Shown: positions 36,363-51,024 of the stretch, piece after piece
Numbering within the stretch: the first letter of the stretch is position 1
Layout of the letters: the number at the start of each line of letters is the position of its first letter
DNA from: the human T2T-CHM13v2.0 reference genome, Homo sapiens
Length of the DNA: 64,000 bases
Strand: one strand, 5' to 3'
Assembly: GCF_009914755.1 (NCBI RefSeq)
Contig: NC_060925.1
Made by a program: the position numbers and the translations under genes
Notes under the pieces: model-generated
Told to the model about the DNA's origin: nothing
The model's input: only the letters and a program-made list of their open reading frames with translations
The model's database searches: none

Positions 36363-37911
36363 GGTAACCGGGAAATTCTGGTTACTTCCTTGTGCGTTGG
36401 ATACAATCCTCTGACATAGAGAGAAGCTCCCAGCACCTCAGTGACGCAAATGCCCTCCCCTCTCACTCAGTTCTGGGGGCAAACAGCATTTCTGGGGTGG
36501 CAGATATATGTGGTCAGACAAGTGTGAGGATATTGATTTGTAATTGAATGATTATTTTTAAAGAACACAAAATACGAAATTCAGAATGCACAAAGTCTCC
36601 CTGAGAAGCGAGGCTCCCTGCCCCGCCCCCGCCCCCGCCGCCTGCTGCTGCTTCATCTCCCGGAGCCCCGGCGAGGGGGAAGGTGCCAGCGCCGTGAGGC
36701 CAGGTCCCACCTGTGCTCCCACTACCAAGCTACCAAGACCACAGCCATCATCATGGCGCCAACCAAAGTCTCTCCTGCCAGGCGCTGCCTCACTGCCATC
36801 CATGGGTGCCTTTCTCGGCGTGGCAGCTCCTGGGCACTGTGCCCTCCAGATTCCTCAGAGCCTGGTGCCAGGTGCACCTCCCCAGCCCTCTCAGCCCCTG
36901 AGCTCTGCCACCCTGCCCGGGCTTCTGCCCTTGGGTCCTGGCCTCTCAGGGTCTCCTCAGCTCTGCAAGGAGGGGCTGGGAGCAGGTCCCAGGCTAGCAG
37001 TGGGCTGGAGGCCTCCTGTGTGGTCTCTACCTGTCCATGCCGAGGGGTCACCTCTGGGTGAGGTCGCACCCACCCCCCTCACGGGGCTGCTTTGCCAGAA
37101 GGTCTGTTCCCCTCATGGCCTCTGCTACTCTTTACACTTAGTTCTTCCCAGGAAGGGCCCGGTGGCTGCAGATAATGTTTCCCATCTGTGGAGCCTTCAA
37201 GGGCTGGGCCCATGAGGATTCTGCTCCCAGCTTGCTCTTCCTCTCCAGCCTGCACCCACCAGGCCCCAGAATCCTGAGGATGGAGCTGCTCCTGTCCCCT
37301 GAGGTGGTCTAAACCTCTGGGGAGGCACTGGAGGGGCCTCAGGAGCAGCCACTCTTCCGTGTTCTCCCTGGACCTAGAACCCGAGGGGCTGGGAAGAGTG
37401 GAATGCATGAGTGTGGCCTTTGAGGTCTTCCTGAGGCCGTGGGGCCTGCCTCGCAGGAAGCATCAGCTTCAGGAAGGCTCTGCACTCAGGGCTGGGCGTG
37501 GCCACCCACAGGCACGTAGGGAGCACCTGCTGTGTACCCAGTGCTGCACTGGACTCTGAGACCCAGGGGTGGGTGCCTGAGTACCACCACGTGAGAGCTG
37601 CCAGTCTTGTTTCCTTTCTGAGGGGAAACTGAGGAACTCCCGCTTGCCCTCCCCCCCGCCTCATCCTCTGTGTCCCATGTAAAAGGCAGGCATCTGGCTG
37701 GACTCCCTCTGGGACACCCACTTTCACCAACTGGCATGGCTGCCTGGCCAGTGCTGGAGAGGGTCCAGCTGGGTCTGGGCTGAGCAGCAGTGAGTGTGGC
37801 GATTGATTAGTGATGTCTGCCACATGCAGAGGGATGGGAGGGTGGATGCGAGAGGCAGGAATTCCCCATCTGCCGACTGAGTCCTTTCTTAGCCAGCCCA
37901 GCTCTCGCCAT

Positions 37912-38225
37912 CTGCTGTGGTTTGATTGTGTCCCCTCTAACATCAGGTGTTGAAACTCAATGGCCAATGTGGTGGCATTAAGAGGGGCCTTTAAGAGGTG
38001 ATTGGGCCATTAGGGCTCCTCCTCTCACGACTGGGAGTCCACAGCATTTGGTGAGCTCGCCCACCCTGGCATGAGCATGTCCCCCTCTGAAGGATGCAGC
38101 CCTCACCAGACACCAAACCTCGGTCTTGGACTTCCCAGCCTCCAGAATGGTTAGAAAGACATTTCGGTTCTTTGTAAATTACGCAGCCTGTGGTATTCTG
38201 TTACAGCCACACTGAAGGACTAGGG
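37912..38225 (+). mobile_element. MSTC/MSTD-type MaLR LTR
   Basis: tgctgtggtttgattgtgtcccc...cttggacttcccagcctccagaa...tgtggtattctgttacagc. Confidence 0.8.
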
Positions 38226-40247
38226 CTCCATCATGAGCTGATGGGTGTGGGTGCAGTCCCCCCAGGGCCTGACGGCCTGATCACCAGTTCTTTTTGTTAC
38301 CAACGGCACCTTCCCAAATGTGTTCATTGATTTCATCGCCCCCATAAACATGCATGGATCAGCACGGGGTGCAGAAGAAAGGTGTATGGGGGGAGGCCCA
38401 AAGTTCAGGAGAAGCCAGGCCCAGTGCAGCCAGTGGGAGGAGTGAGAGCAGCCAGCGGAGGCGGACGTGGCCTGTGCATTTGCATGTGGGGCGGCTGGAG
38501 GTATCTATGGTGTGAATGGGGGAGGAGCCTAAGGGCTGGGTCTGAGCCGCTGCTGGGCCTCCAGCCTGGGTCTGGGGCTCCCACCCCAACTGCCAGGCTC
38601 AGGAGTTCTAAGGAGTGCAAGGCAGGAACCTGCAGTGAGCCCCGCCCCCTTTCTGGAGGCTCCACCATGGCTCCTCACCCGCCCCACCCTGCTGGTCCCG
38701 GGCTTCTGAGCGGAGAGGGTGGCCCTTGTCCATTGCAGGCATGCAGGGGTGAGAACGGTCCGAGGGGCTCACAAGGGTGAACTGGGGGCCACGGATGTAC
38801 GCTCCAGGCTGGGGGCTCAGGCAAGGCCCCAGGGGGCCCCACAGAGCTCCCTGCATAAAATCAGGGGCCAGTGAAGGGGGTCGGCCTCTGTCCCAGCCAT
38901 ATACCCAGAGGTGCAGGATGCAGAGTCTGTAGCCCCCTCTCTGGGGTCTTGGTGCCCCTGCCTCACCTACACTTCCTCTCCTGGTGGCCCCAGACCCCTG
39001 GGGTGGGAGCTGACCCGGTGGGAGCACCAGACGGGGTCGCGACACTCACCCCGTGGCCACCGCCAGCAGCGTGGAGAGCTCACCAAGGGTGTGATGGATG
39101 GGGGCGCCCATCCTGCAAAGCTGTGACAAATGTGCCTCCCGCTCACAGACTCTCTTTGGAATCCGCTAATACTCCTTGAAGGTGAAGTCCCATTTTTCCC
39201 CTGCAATCACAGTATTAAACTTTAATATCTGATATTAATAAAACATACTCTCTCTAATAGAGTCACTCGAGGCCGGGAGGGAGCGCGTGCAGAGGATGGT
39301 CCCTGGTGACTGTCTGCAATGTTTTCCCATCCTGGCCAGGTGCTGGGAGTGCTGCGATGCAGAGGGTGGGGGCAGAGTCGAAGGCGGGAAGCTGCCCCAC
39401 TGGGGCTTCCTGTGCCATCCTCCCCAGGCAGCACCGAGGCTCCCCTGACTCTTCACAGCGGATGTCAGACAAGCAACACAGGTGTCTCTCAGATGGCAGG
39501 CAGGGTGCTGCTGCCTCCGGGGGACCAGGTATGGCCCCTCTGCCTCCAGTGGGGAAGGAAACAGGGTCCATGTTTTGGCTGAAGCCCCTTCAGCTAAAGA
39601 CCCCCCCGGAAAGAGGGAGAGCCCTATTCCCCTCCACTGTGCACCCCGGCACTGTGCTGTAGCCATGCATGCTGCCCTTTTGCAGGATTGCCAGAGAATC
39701 GTTTGCCGAGACTGGGGTGCTTTTGAGAGTGGGGGAAGCTGTTCGTTGGCTGGGACAGTGAGTGCAAACTAGGGCCATCCCGGGCATCGGGGCTTCTCCT
39801 CATCCCATGCAACTCCACCCCATGTCTCCCTCTGACTGTGCTCAGGGGGCTCCCTCTGCCAGGTCTTCCTGCCTCCCAGCCCCTCACCGCCTCCCCTAGC
39901 CCCGTGTCCATGCTACCTATTCCCTGGAACCAGCCTCGGGCTCTGCCTCGGTGTGCCTGTCCTGCTCTTCCTGCCCTCCCTGTGTGTGCCGCCCGAAGGG
40001 GACTGTGCTGTGGAGTGGTCAGAGGGCGGGTTTGATGGAGAAGCAGTGGCTCCTGCCCCAGGATCTGGGAGGTGCTGGGGTGAGCAGCGGTGCCGTGGGG
40101 CCCCCAGGAGTCTCCGTTCCCACTGCAGGTGTGTTGGGTTGTTTCCCGGCTCTCGGGGCAGGGCTGCGTCGTGTCGTATGTCGCATTCCAGGTGTAAGTC
40201 ACCAATCACCCTTTCAAAGCGTACAATTCAGTGATTTGTTTTTAGTA

Positions 40248-40455
40248 CAGTTGATCCTCATTCACGGATTCCACATTTACCAATTTGTCTATGTGATGAA
40301 AGCTATGGGTGGTCTCCAAATACATACTCCCAGTGCCCTGAGGTCACCCGGACGTGTACCCAGTGCCAAGCAAGCCTCTTTCTCGAGGTCGATTTAGTAC
40401 GTGTTTCTTGCTTTGTGCGTTTCTTGTTGCTGATTTCGCTGTTGAAGTGGCCTGA
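40248..40455 (+). mobile_element. TcMar-Tigger-derived fragment
   Basis: ta|cagttgatcctcattcacggattcc...gtttcttgttgctgatttcgctgttgaagtggcc. Confidence 0.5.
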
Positions 40456-41809
40456 GCGCTGTCCTGTGTGGCCCAGGGCTCTGGGGGGCTGACCGCACTG
40501 CTCTGGGCTGCCCCTGAGAATGCCTCCCCGGCCCCAGGGAAAATATCAGGAAAAATGCCTCACCCCAGTGGCATCTCCGCTGCTCCACCAAACAGCCTCT
40601 GAGGGGGACACCTTTCCTCCCCGCTTAGAGATAAGGACACCAGGCATGGAGGGGCCGGGCCACTTCCCAGCCATCGCTTCGAGCTAGGAGGACGGTTATT
40701 GCCATCCTTGCCTCAGCTTTTCCTGGGCAGGCCCTGGGCCGGGCCTGTGCGTGCTTCCCCCAAACGCCAGCGTGCCCAGAACAGTGGGTGCCCAGGGGAA
40801 GTTTGTGGGTACAGAGAGTGGGAGGGGGAGGTGGGAGCCAGAGGGAGTCGGGGGTCGGAGGCTGTGAGGTGTTTACAGAACAGGAGTCTGCAGTAGGGGC
40901 CCTGCCAGGAAGCCGTGGACAAAGAGGCTTTGCCGGGAGGTGCGGCCACGCAGGGATCCGGAGCTGGTACAGGCAGACCTCCTTGGAGAACTTGGACATG
41001 TCTCCACTGTTCCATGGGGTGGGCAGAGAGGAGAAAGGGGGCTCTGTGCACTGCCCTCGCCCCGAACCAGGGCCGACCTCGCCCCGGCAGCCAGTGCCGC
41101 CTGCCCCCACTGCAGTCCACCATCTAGTGCCTTCTAGAAACTTGGCCTTCTCTGGCTGAGCCAGCTGTGTGGCTGGGGCACAAGGCCCCGGGGATCCCGG
41201 GTTCTGACAGCCACGATAGTGGGTTTGGACCCAGGTTTCCAGGCCAGGTCCTGGGACACTTGCCTGGTTGGTGGGGCTGGGGCAGGGACTGTACAATGGA
41301 GGAGTGGGGGGCCAGCCCCTGGGAGTCATTAGACACTCAAGCCGGAGGCCCCCTGAACCCAGGAGGTCATCTGGAAAAACATCAAGTGGCCCCCACTGAG
41401 AATGGTCTCAATGCCCCCAGTCCCTTTAAATCTCACCTTAAGGTTTCAAGCGTCGAGCAGGGGTAATTTCCAAGTCATTGTCCAAACAAGAGTGGCTCAG
41501 TGGTGGTCCCACACCTGGCTGGGCAGCTCCCCCTCCCACACAGCGGCCACTCGGCCCCCCAGTTCTGCTACCCTATACCCTGCTAATAAAATCCATATAG
41601 TCCCTAAAACCCCCTCGGCCAGGCTGCCCCTCCTGTGCCCTTCCCCACCACTGCCAGCCGCGCCCCTCCCCTAGCACCCTGCAGCCTCGCCCCCTCTCTC
41701 TCTGCCTCAGACAGGGTCTCCTGAAGGGCAGTCATGGACCCCTGGGGGGCTCCAGCCACTTTCAAGTGGTCTTCAGGCAGCGTGGTGGTTTCAGAAGAAA
41801 AAGTGCTGG

Positions 41810-41910
41810 AGCAATTTGGTTCAGATATATTCACTAATGTGAAATTTAAGATTAATTATGATTTCTGCAGAAATCCCATTATGCAAATAATAATTGTTTT
41901 CTTCTGAAGG
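41810..41910. promoter_or_regulatory. Putative POU/homeodomain enhancer element
   Basis: ATGCAAAT at 41881-41888, ATTAATTA, 14-bp palindrome ATTTCTGCAGAAAT (41861-41874), ATTGTT. Confidence 0.45.
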
Positions 41911-42887
41911 GCTGCACAGCGGCTGTGAGGCCTGCGGGGGCCGAGATCCATCTCCCTGACCCCCGGGGCATTATCTGCTAGGAAACTTTGTCAAATATAG
42001 GCAGGGGGCCCTTGAAGCTTTTGCATCTCTTTTTTTTTTTTTTTTTTTTAAAGCTCAGGAACCTCCAGATAAAATCATTTTCTTCCCCTAGAACAACTGC
42101 AAAATGCTTTTTAGGTTTAAGTGGAAGAATTTTGCTGCGAAAGGTAGAGAAGTGATTCCACTCAGAATTGCACAGAATGGGCATTCACGCTGCGTGGCTA
42201 CTGAGAAGGTCCTAGAACAGACCACAAAGGTAACAGCCGAGGACAGCGCAGAGGCGCCCAGCACCGAGTCTGCGTGAGTTGGAGGATCGATGGCACCTGC
42301 CTCGGCCGGGAGGTCGAGTCTGTACTTAGAATCCACTACGGGGCAGATGTGAATTAGTGTCTGGCCCTGGGTGACTTGGGAGTGCTTCAAAACCATTTGT
42401 CCCATTGTCTCCCGAAACTGGTGATAGAAGCAAGGACATTTCATTGGCTTGACCTCTTTTGGGGAGGACCACTGTGCCGCCAGGAGGGCCCAGAGCAGGA
42501 GGGCCCGGAATGCAGCGAACACAGGGATTGATTCACAGAGACAAGAGGCCAGCACAGCCCCTCCCAGCCCACCGCAGAGGGGAAGCCATGTCTGGAAAAG
42601 CGACACAAGGCCTTGCTGTAGTCAAGAGTATTTATCTTTGAGGCCTGCTGCTCCAAAAGATGGAATATTCAGCTCTTCTCCAGATGGGGTACCCCGTGCA
42701 ATCTGTGTGATGTGAGGGGATGAGGCACGAGTATTTTTTTCTGACTTTGGTCATGTTAAAAAATCTGATTTCCATAACGGCTGTGCCTGACTTGAGGGAT
42801 TTGTTGAGGACATTGAATAACCTGCAGCTGATCCTGTCAGAAATAAAACAGCATTCTCTTCCGCCCTTGTTAGTGAACCTTTTAATT

Positions 42888-43418
42888 CAGTGGTTCTCAA
42901 CCTTTTTGGCACCCAGGACGGGTTTTGCGGAAGACAATTTTTCTATGGATCTGGAGGGTGGGGGATGGTTTGGGGATGATTCAAGGGCATTGCATTTATT
43001 TGGACTTTATTTCTATGATGATTACATTGTAATATCTAATGAAATAATTCTACAACTCACTGTCATGTAGAATCAGTGGGAGCCCTGAGCTTGTTTTCCT
43101 GCAACTAGATGGTCCCGTCTGTGGGTAAGGGGAGACAGTGATAGAGCATCAGGCTTTAGATTCTCATGAGGAGTGCACAACCTACATCCCTCGCATGCAC
43201 GGTTCACAATAGGGTCCTGGCTCCTGTGAGAATCGAATGCCACAATGCCACGGCTGATCTGACAGGAGGTGGGGCCCTGGTGGCGATGTGAGTGTTGGGC
43301 AGTGGCTGGAAACACAGATGAAGCTTTGCTCACTCACACGCTGCTCACCTCCTGCTGCACGGCCCGGTTCCTAACAGGCCATGGACCCATACTGTGGTCT
43401 GGGGGATGGGGAGCTCTG
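42888..43418 (+). mobile_element. MER1A hAT-Charlie element with 8-bp TSD TTTTAAT(T/G)
   Basis: cagtggttctcaacctttttggcacc...ggcccggttcctaacaggcc...ggggagctctg. Confidence 0.9.
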
Positions 43419-44114
43419 TTTTAATGGAAGCATCAGTGAGTGCGGAAAACTGCCCCACTGTGGCTGAACACCCTTGAGAAATCACCCTGTGGACCAGGAA
43501 ACAGGGCAGCCATGTCCACTCCTGGCACACTTGGCTCTCCTCCCAAACCTACTGCCACCTTGACCGCCAGGGCCATAGCTTGGTTTTGCCCCTCTCTGAA
43601 TTTTACGTAAATAGAATCATGCCATGTGCCCTCCTGTGTGTCTGGCTTCTTTCCCTCAACATTACGTTGCTGCAATGACTCCGTGACAGGCAGAGCTGTG
43701 ACTTGTCACCTTCGATACATAGCATCCCGTGTTGTGACGATGCTGCAGTCTATTTGCCTGTCCTATTGTCAGTGGGTCATGCCGACCTCGGCAATATTGC
43801 TAACCATGCTGCCGTGAACACTGCGGTATGTCTTTTGGTGAACATGCGTGCACATTCCCACAGAGTACTTGGCTAGGTGCAGAATTGCTGGGCCATAAGT
43901 TATGTGTAGATTCAGCTGTAGGAAGTATGGATACCCAGTGTTCCAGAGTCACGCCACTTTCTCTCCCTGCACGTGGGGTGCTGGAGTTCCAGTTGCTCTG
44001 TCTCCCCACCAACCTTTGCTTATGTCAGTCTGTCATTGTAGCGTCTCTCATAAGTGTGTATGGGTGGCTCGTGGTTTTAATGTGCTTTCCCTGATGAGGA
44101 TTGACACTTCGCAG

Positions 44115-44422
44115 TTTTTTTTTTTTTTTTTTTTTTTTTTGAGATGGAGTCTCGCTCTGTCGCCCAGGCTGGAGTGCAGGGGCACGATGTCGGCTCACTG
44201 CAACCTCTGCCTCCTGGGTTCAAGTGATTCTCCTGCCTCAGCCTCCTGAGTAGCTGGGACTACAGGTGTGTGCTATCACACCCGGTTAATTTTTGTATTT
44301 TTAGTAGAGATGGGGTTCACCTTATTGGCCAGGCTGGTCTCGAACTCCTGACCTTGTTATCTGCCTGCCTTAGCCTCCCAAAGTGCTGCTGGAATTACAG
44401 GCGTGGACCACTGCATCTGGCC
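44115..44422 (-). mobile_element. AluS
   Basis: T26 tail plus full dimer. Confidence 0.95.
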
Positions 44423-45031
44423 GACATTTAGCACTTTTTAATCAAATGCTTATAAGATAACTTTTGCAAAATGCCTGTCGGAGTTTTTTTTTTAACGCTT
44501 TTTTTGATTATGGGTTGCCTTTTGTTCTTGTTCTTACTGATTTGTAAAAGTCTGGTATATATCTAGGAAGTGAGTTTTTTACCAAATACACTTGTTACAA
44601 GTATTTTGCCACAGTCTATAGTTTGCCTTTTTACTTTCTTAATAGTGCCATAAGGTCTGGACTTAAGAAATCTTTGCCTATCCCAAAGTCATACAACATT
44701 TCGCCTGTGTTATCTTCTAGATGTTTTACTGCTTTATCTTTGATGTTTAGAATCTATAGCATCCCAGGAACTGATATTTAGAAATGGTGCGATATAGGGA
44801 CCGAGGCTTATTTCTTCCAGACGGATACCCAAGTGACTTAGCACCATTTTTTGAAAAGACCATCCTGCCCCCAGCTTCGTTCTACACCAGGTCGCCATTT
44901 ATTGTGGGTCTGTTTGTGCACTGATACTACACTGGCTTAATTATTGTAGCTTCATCTTAGACCCTGGCCTCTGGTGGGGTAGGTCCTCCTGTGTTGCTCT
45001 TCTCCTGTAGACTGTCTGGTTCTCCTGGTCT

Positions 45032-45370
<339 letters not shown>

Positions 45371-45619
45371 TAAAAGTGTGGCTTCCTTTCACCAATAAAA
45401 ACCTGCTGGCGTTTTAAAACTAGCGTTGCATGGAATCACTGTGTTAATGTGGAGATGATTGACATCTGTCCACCTTTGATTCATGAACGAGCTGGTTCCT
45501 CCACTTGGGGCCTCCATTACTTTTGTAAAATGATGTTTTGTAGTTTTCTGTGAGAGAAGTTTTGCACATTTTAGATGCATTCTCAGGTATTTGATTTTTT
45601 GTGTCATTGTAAATGATAC

Positions 45620-46179
45620 TGTTACTGGCTGAAGGTCTTGCTACAGGTCGTTCGGGTTCTTGGCTTTTTGCACAAAGAGTTGGACAAAATGCACGAACAA
45701 AGTGACAAGAGAATCAAGCAAGGAAAGCACAGACTTATGGAAACAAAAGTACATTCCCCAGAGTGAGAGTGGGCTCGAGCCAATAGCTCAAGAGCACTGC
45801 TTAAGAATGTTCTGGGGTTTCAACAGCCTCTAGAGGTTTCTCATTGGTTACTTGGTTACAATCTATGTAAATGGAGTGGCCCACGACCAGTCTGAGTGAT
45901 TGGGACCAATCAGAGGCTGAAATGAAGTTACAAAGTTACACCGCTGTGCAAATGAAGAGTAAGGCCGTGACCAGTCTGATTGGTTGCTGGAGGTGACCAA
46001 TCAGAGGTACTTTCCGTTTTTCATCTGCAACGCAGTGGAGGTGGTGGGGACATTGCTAAGGGAGTCGCCTCTGATCATTTTGTTACTTTGGTGGGAAGAG
46101 GTGAGGTTTTCCTTTTGATTCAGTTCTAGGAAGTCAGGGCGAATCAGCCTTAGACTCCAGACCCTATTCTCCTGCCTCA
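45620..46179 (-). mobile_element. MER51-family ERV1 solo LTR
   Basis: Minus strand starts TGAGGCAGGAGAATAGGGTCTGGAG and ends GTAACA; multiple CCAAT/ATTGG boxes. Confidence 0.85.
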
Positions 46180-46239
46180 GTATCATTTTACTTCTTGGTT
46201 ATTTTCTTTTCTAAACACAATTAGCACAATCCGCGGCAA

Positions 46240-46836
46240 CAGTAAAGGTTCTGACTCCAGTTTTGCGGTTTTCCTGCAGAAGGTCTTGAAGCCTCACCCT
46301 CCCCTCCCTCTTCTGTCCCACCTTCCTGTGAGCCGATGAGAAGGCCTGGGTCCCCCTCTGGCGGTGCTGGCAGGAAGTTCAAAGCCTGGGGCCCCTGGCC
46401 TGCCTGTGGGAACCTTCACCCCAGCCCATCCCCGACCTCTGGGACCTCTGGGACCTCTGGGAAGGCTGAGTCCACCTCCTCTCCCAGCCGCCTCAAGCCA
46501 CTTTCAGACAAACTTGGGCATCAGCCCCGCTCTCCCCAGAAAGCCTCATTGCGTGACTAGTAAGCCTTGCATACCCTCTTGGGGTGTGTGAATGTGTGAG
46601 AGTGTGTGTGAGTGTGTGTGTGAGAGTGTGTGAGTGTGTGAGTGTGTGAGTGTGAGTGTGTGTGAGTGTATCACTGTGAGTGTGTGTGAGCTAGTGTGTG
46701 TGTGACTGAGTGTGTGTGTGAGTGTGAGTGTGTGTGCGTGTGTGCAAGGCATCATCAGTATTGACATCCAAACCAAATTTTAGGAACGTGGGGGAGTGAT
46801 GTCTATCTTGTTTCTTGCAGTGGGGTGACCACAACA
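46240..46836 (+). mobile_element. ERVL LTR (MER54/MER74 group) containing an expanded TG repeat
   Basis: aaagcctcattg...ataccctcttgg[TG repeat]gcatcatcagtattgacatccaaaccaaatttt...accacaaca. Confidence 0.55.
46584..46744. repeat. (TG)n/(TGAG) compound microsatellite
   Basis: Directly visible. Confidence 0.92.
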
Positions 46837-47504
46837 CCAGCCTAGACAAATGTCATTGATTTTTATATATTGACCGTGTATCCGGTGACCACACTGAGTT
46901 TACTTCATCAGTCTGATGGTTTATCTGTAGCGTCCTTAAGATATTTTACATATAAAATCATGTTGTCCACCTATAATAAAAGTTTTATTTCTTCCTTTCC
47001 AATCAAATGCCTCTTATTTCCTTTTCTTGGTGTGATCACACTGGTGAGGACCTCAGCATGTGTGACTTAAACTACACAGGGGAGCTGCCATCTTTGTCTC
47101 ATCTCTAATCTTGTGGGAAACCTTCCATGATTTCACCATTAGGTAGAATATATTCTCCAGGCTTTTTGCAGGTGCTTTTGATCGGAGTAAGGAAGCTCCC
47201 TTCTCTTGTTTTCGGATCGTTTGTTTTATTATCGTGAATTTTCCCTGCTTTCTTCTCATCCTTTTCTAATTGAGTTCTCCTGTGTTCCCTCCCACTCCTC
47301 TGCCTGCGTGAATCTGGGAGTGAGCATCCCTTTATATTTTGGGCCTAGGGGAACTCACTGGACTCACCCTAGTCCTGGCCCTGCCTTTGACGTTTGTCAA
47401 AGCCTGATTTCTGTCCCCAAATATGATAAATTTTGGTTACTATTCCTTAGGTACTTGAAAAGAGTGTGTCTCCTGCAGTTTTGGGGGAGAGTGCTGTGTA
47501 TCCG

Positions 47505-47865
47505 TACAATGAACTGCGTGTTTATGTCTGCTTGAATTCAGATGCTGAAATCCTAACTCCTAAGATGACAAGGTTAGGAGGTGGAGACTTAGGAGTTGAT
47601 GAGGTCATGACGGTGGAGCCCCCGAGAATGAAATAAATGCCTTATAAAAGGAACCCCAGAGAGCTGGCTTGACCTCTTTCTACCCCGTGAGGATACAAGG
47701 GAGGTCAGCCGTCTGCAACCCCGAAGAGGGCTCTCACCAGAACCCAACGATGCTAGCATCCTCATCTCAGAGTTTGTCTCCAGAAGGGTGAGAAACAGAT
47801 TTCTGCTATGTATAAGCCATCCAATCTAGGGCCCTTTGTTACTGCAGCCCAAAGGGACTAAGACA
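47505..47865 (+). mobile_element. MLT1A LTR with 5-bp TSD ATCC(G/A)
   Basis: gctgaaatcctaac...ccttataaaagga...tttgttactgcagccc...gactaagaca. Confidence 0.85.
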
Positions 47866-47999
47866 ATCCATACATCAGGTCATATTTAAAATCATGTTTT
47901 CAAACTGTCTGTTAATATATCCTCACTCACCTGCTGTCTGTTCTATCAGTTACAGGCTGAGGTAGGTGAAAATTTTTTCATTATGATGATAATTCTGTC

Positions 48000-48250
48000 C
48001 ATTTCTCCCTTCTCAATTCCTTCCCTTTATGTTTTGAACTTATATTATTGAGTGCATATGAGTTTTAATTTATGTTTCCTGATGGATTGACCGTTTTAAC
48101 CTGTATCGTTTAACCTGTATCATTTCTCCCTTCTCAATTCCTTCCCTTTATGTTTTGAACTTATATTATTGAGTGCATATGAATTTTAATGCTATGTTTC
48201 CTGACGGATTGACCGTTTTAACCTGTATCATTTAACCTGTATCATTTTAA
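48000..48250. repeat. 121-bp tandem duplication within L1
   Basis: catttctcccttctcaattcc... starts at 48000 and again at 48121. Confidence 0.95.
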
Positions 48251-48995
48251 CCGGTATGCACTGTCTCAGTGATCTCAAGCACGGCTTCTTGCCTGGAGGT
48301 CCGCCCTGCCTGTCAGCATACCATCAGCTTCCTTTCGGTTATTGTTTACAAGGCGCTGATTTTCCCATCCTTTTATTTTGATTTTTGTATGTCTTTCTAA
48401 TTAAAGTGTGTCACAAGCAGGATGTAAGTGGTTTTCAAAAATATAATCTGACAATCTTTATCTTTTAATTGGAATATTTAGTACTTTCACATTTAATATA
48501 ATGACAAATATTTGGGGTTTAAATCTACCATCCGACTATCTGGTTTTCTATTGGGTTCGTCTGTTTTTTGATCCACTTTTTTCCTGTTTTCCCTTGTTTT
48601 ATCTCTTGTCCTGTTAACTTGTTAAATATCCTATATGTTATTCTTCTTTTAGTCTTTTCCCTAAAAAAGATTAAAAACACATCCTTGATTTATTACACTC
48701 TACCATGATTGCATACTCCTGTCACTTCCAAGACAAGGCAAGTACTTTAGAATATTTTATTTTAATTAAGTAATTAATTTTTCCCTGGGTCAGAAATGGA
48801 CAATTTATTACACATAGAAATAGCAGTAGCTAGACTATCAGAATTTCTGGGAAGTTTCCCTGAGCTCTGGTTCCCACAGGGTGATGGGAAGAAGGTTGGA
48901 TGATAACTGCACGCCCAGTGGGTTGCATTACAGGAAAACTCTCAGGTTAGGGAATCCAAATCTTTTCAAATAGAAAGTAGGCATGCTTGCAATAT

Positions 48996-49293
<298 letters not shown>

Positions 49294-49701
49294 GCTTGCA
49301 ATATTTTAACTCCATTTTCTGCTGCTACCTGTTGTGTGACTGCTGTGTATACACGAATTCTATGTATATTTAAAACCCTATAAGACATCATTATTGTTGT
49401 TTAGTTGAGAGTCATTGATATTTACCTACCCAGTTACTATTTCTGTGCACTTAATTTTCTCCTAAATTTCCTTTCTGTAGCCTGGGATCATTTTGTTCTG
49501 CAGGAGAATTCTCTTTAATATTTATGTGTGTGTATTTGTGTGTGCATGTGTGTTGCTGCTACCTCAGTTCTCTCAGTTTTTATTTGTCTGCAAAATTTTT
49601 TTTTCCTTCTCTTTTCTTTAAACCAGCTTTATTGAGATATAATTGACATGCCATAACATTCATGTTTTATGTGTACAAGTCAATGAATTTTAGTATATTT
49701 A

Positions 49702-49961
<260 letters not shown>

Positions 49962-50658
49962 CTATATTTGATTTTTTGGACATTTTATATCAATGGAATC
50001 CTGTCATATGTGTTCTTTTGTGTCTGGCTTCTATCGCTGGGGATAATGCTGTTGAGGGTCATCCATGTGCTAGCATGAATCTGTGCTTTTTAATGGCTTA
50101 ATAATATTCCACTGTATGGGTAGACCTGACTTTATCACTCAACAGTTGGTGGTCCCTTGAATTGTATCCTCTTTTTGGCTTTTGTGTATGATGCTGCTAT
50201 GAACATTTTTAATACAAAGTTTGGTGTAGATATGTGTTTTTCTTTCTCTTGGGTACATAACTAAGAGAGGAATGGCTGGGTCATATGTTGGGCTATATTT
50301 AACCTTTAAAGGAACTGTTGGCCTTTATTTTTGAAGTTATTCTCCCTTGCATTAGAATTCTAAGTTGGCAGTTGTTGTTTTTAGCATATTTTTCCCCAGC
50401 ACTTTATGACATACCATTACCTTCTGGCTTCTGTCATTTCTGTTGTGAAGTCCCTTGTCATATTATTGTTCCTTTGGAGGGATTTTTCAGTCCTAGAATT
50501 TCTATGTATTATTTTTTCACAGATTTCAATTGTCTGGTGAAATTCTCTACTTTCTTAAGTGCACTTTTGTTAAGCCTGTCTCTGTAACTCCAATAGCGGG
50601 ATCACCTGTGGGTCTGCTTCTATCGTCTGCTTTGCTGTTCCTCTCTTGGCTTACCTGG

Positions 50659-50993
50659 TGTATTAGTTTCCCATGGCTGCCATAACAAATGACCACAGAG
50701 TGGTTTGAAACACCAGGATCTTGGCCGGGTGTGGTGGCTCATGCTTGTAATCCCAGCACTTTGGGAGGCCGAGGCGGGCAGATCATGAGGTCAGGAGATC
50801 GAGACCACGGTGAAACCCCGTCTCTACTAAAACTAGAAAAAATTAGCCAGGCATGGTGGCGGGTGCCTGTAGTCTCAGCTACTCAGAGAGGCTGAGGCAG
50901 GACAATGGCGTGAACCTGGGAGGTAGAGCTTGCAGTGAGCTGAGATTGCATTACTGCACTCCAGCCTGGGTGACAGAGAGAGACTCCATCTCA

Positions 50994-51024
<31 letters not shown>

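Noticed and set aside
45616-46183. TSD for the MER51 LTR
   Set aside because: Flanks ATAC and GTAT differ at 2 of 4 bases, so it is not claimed
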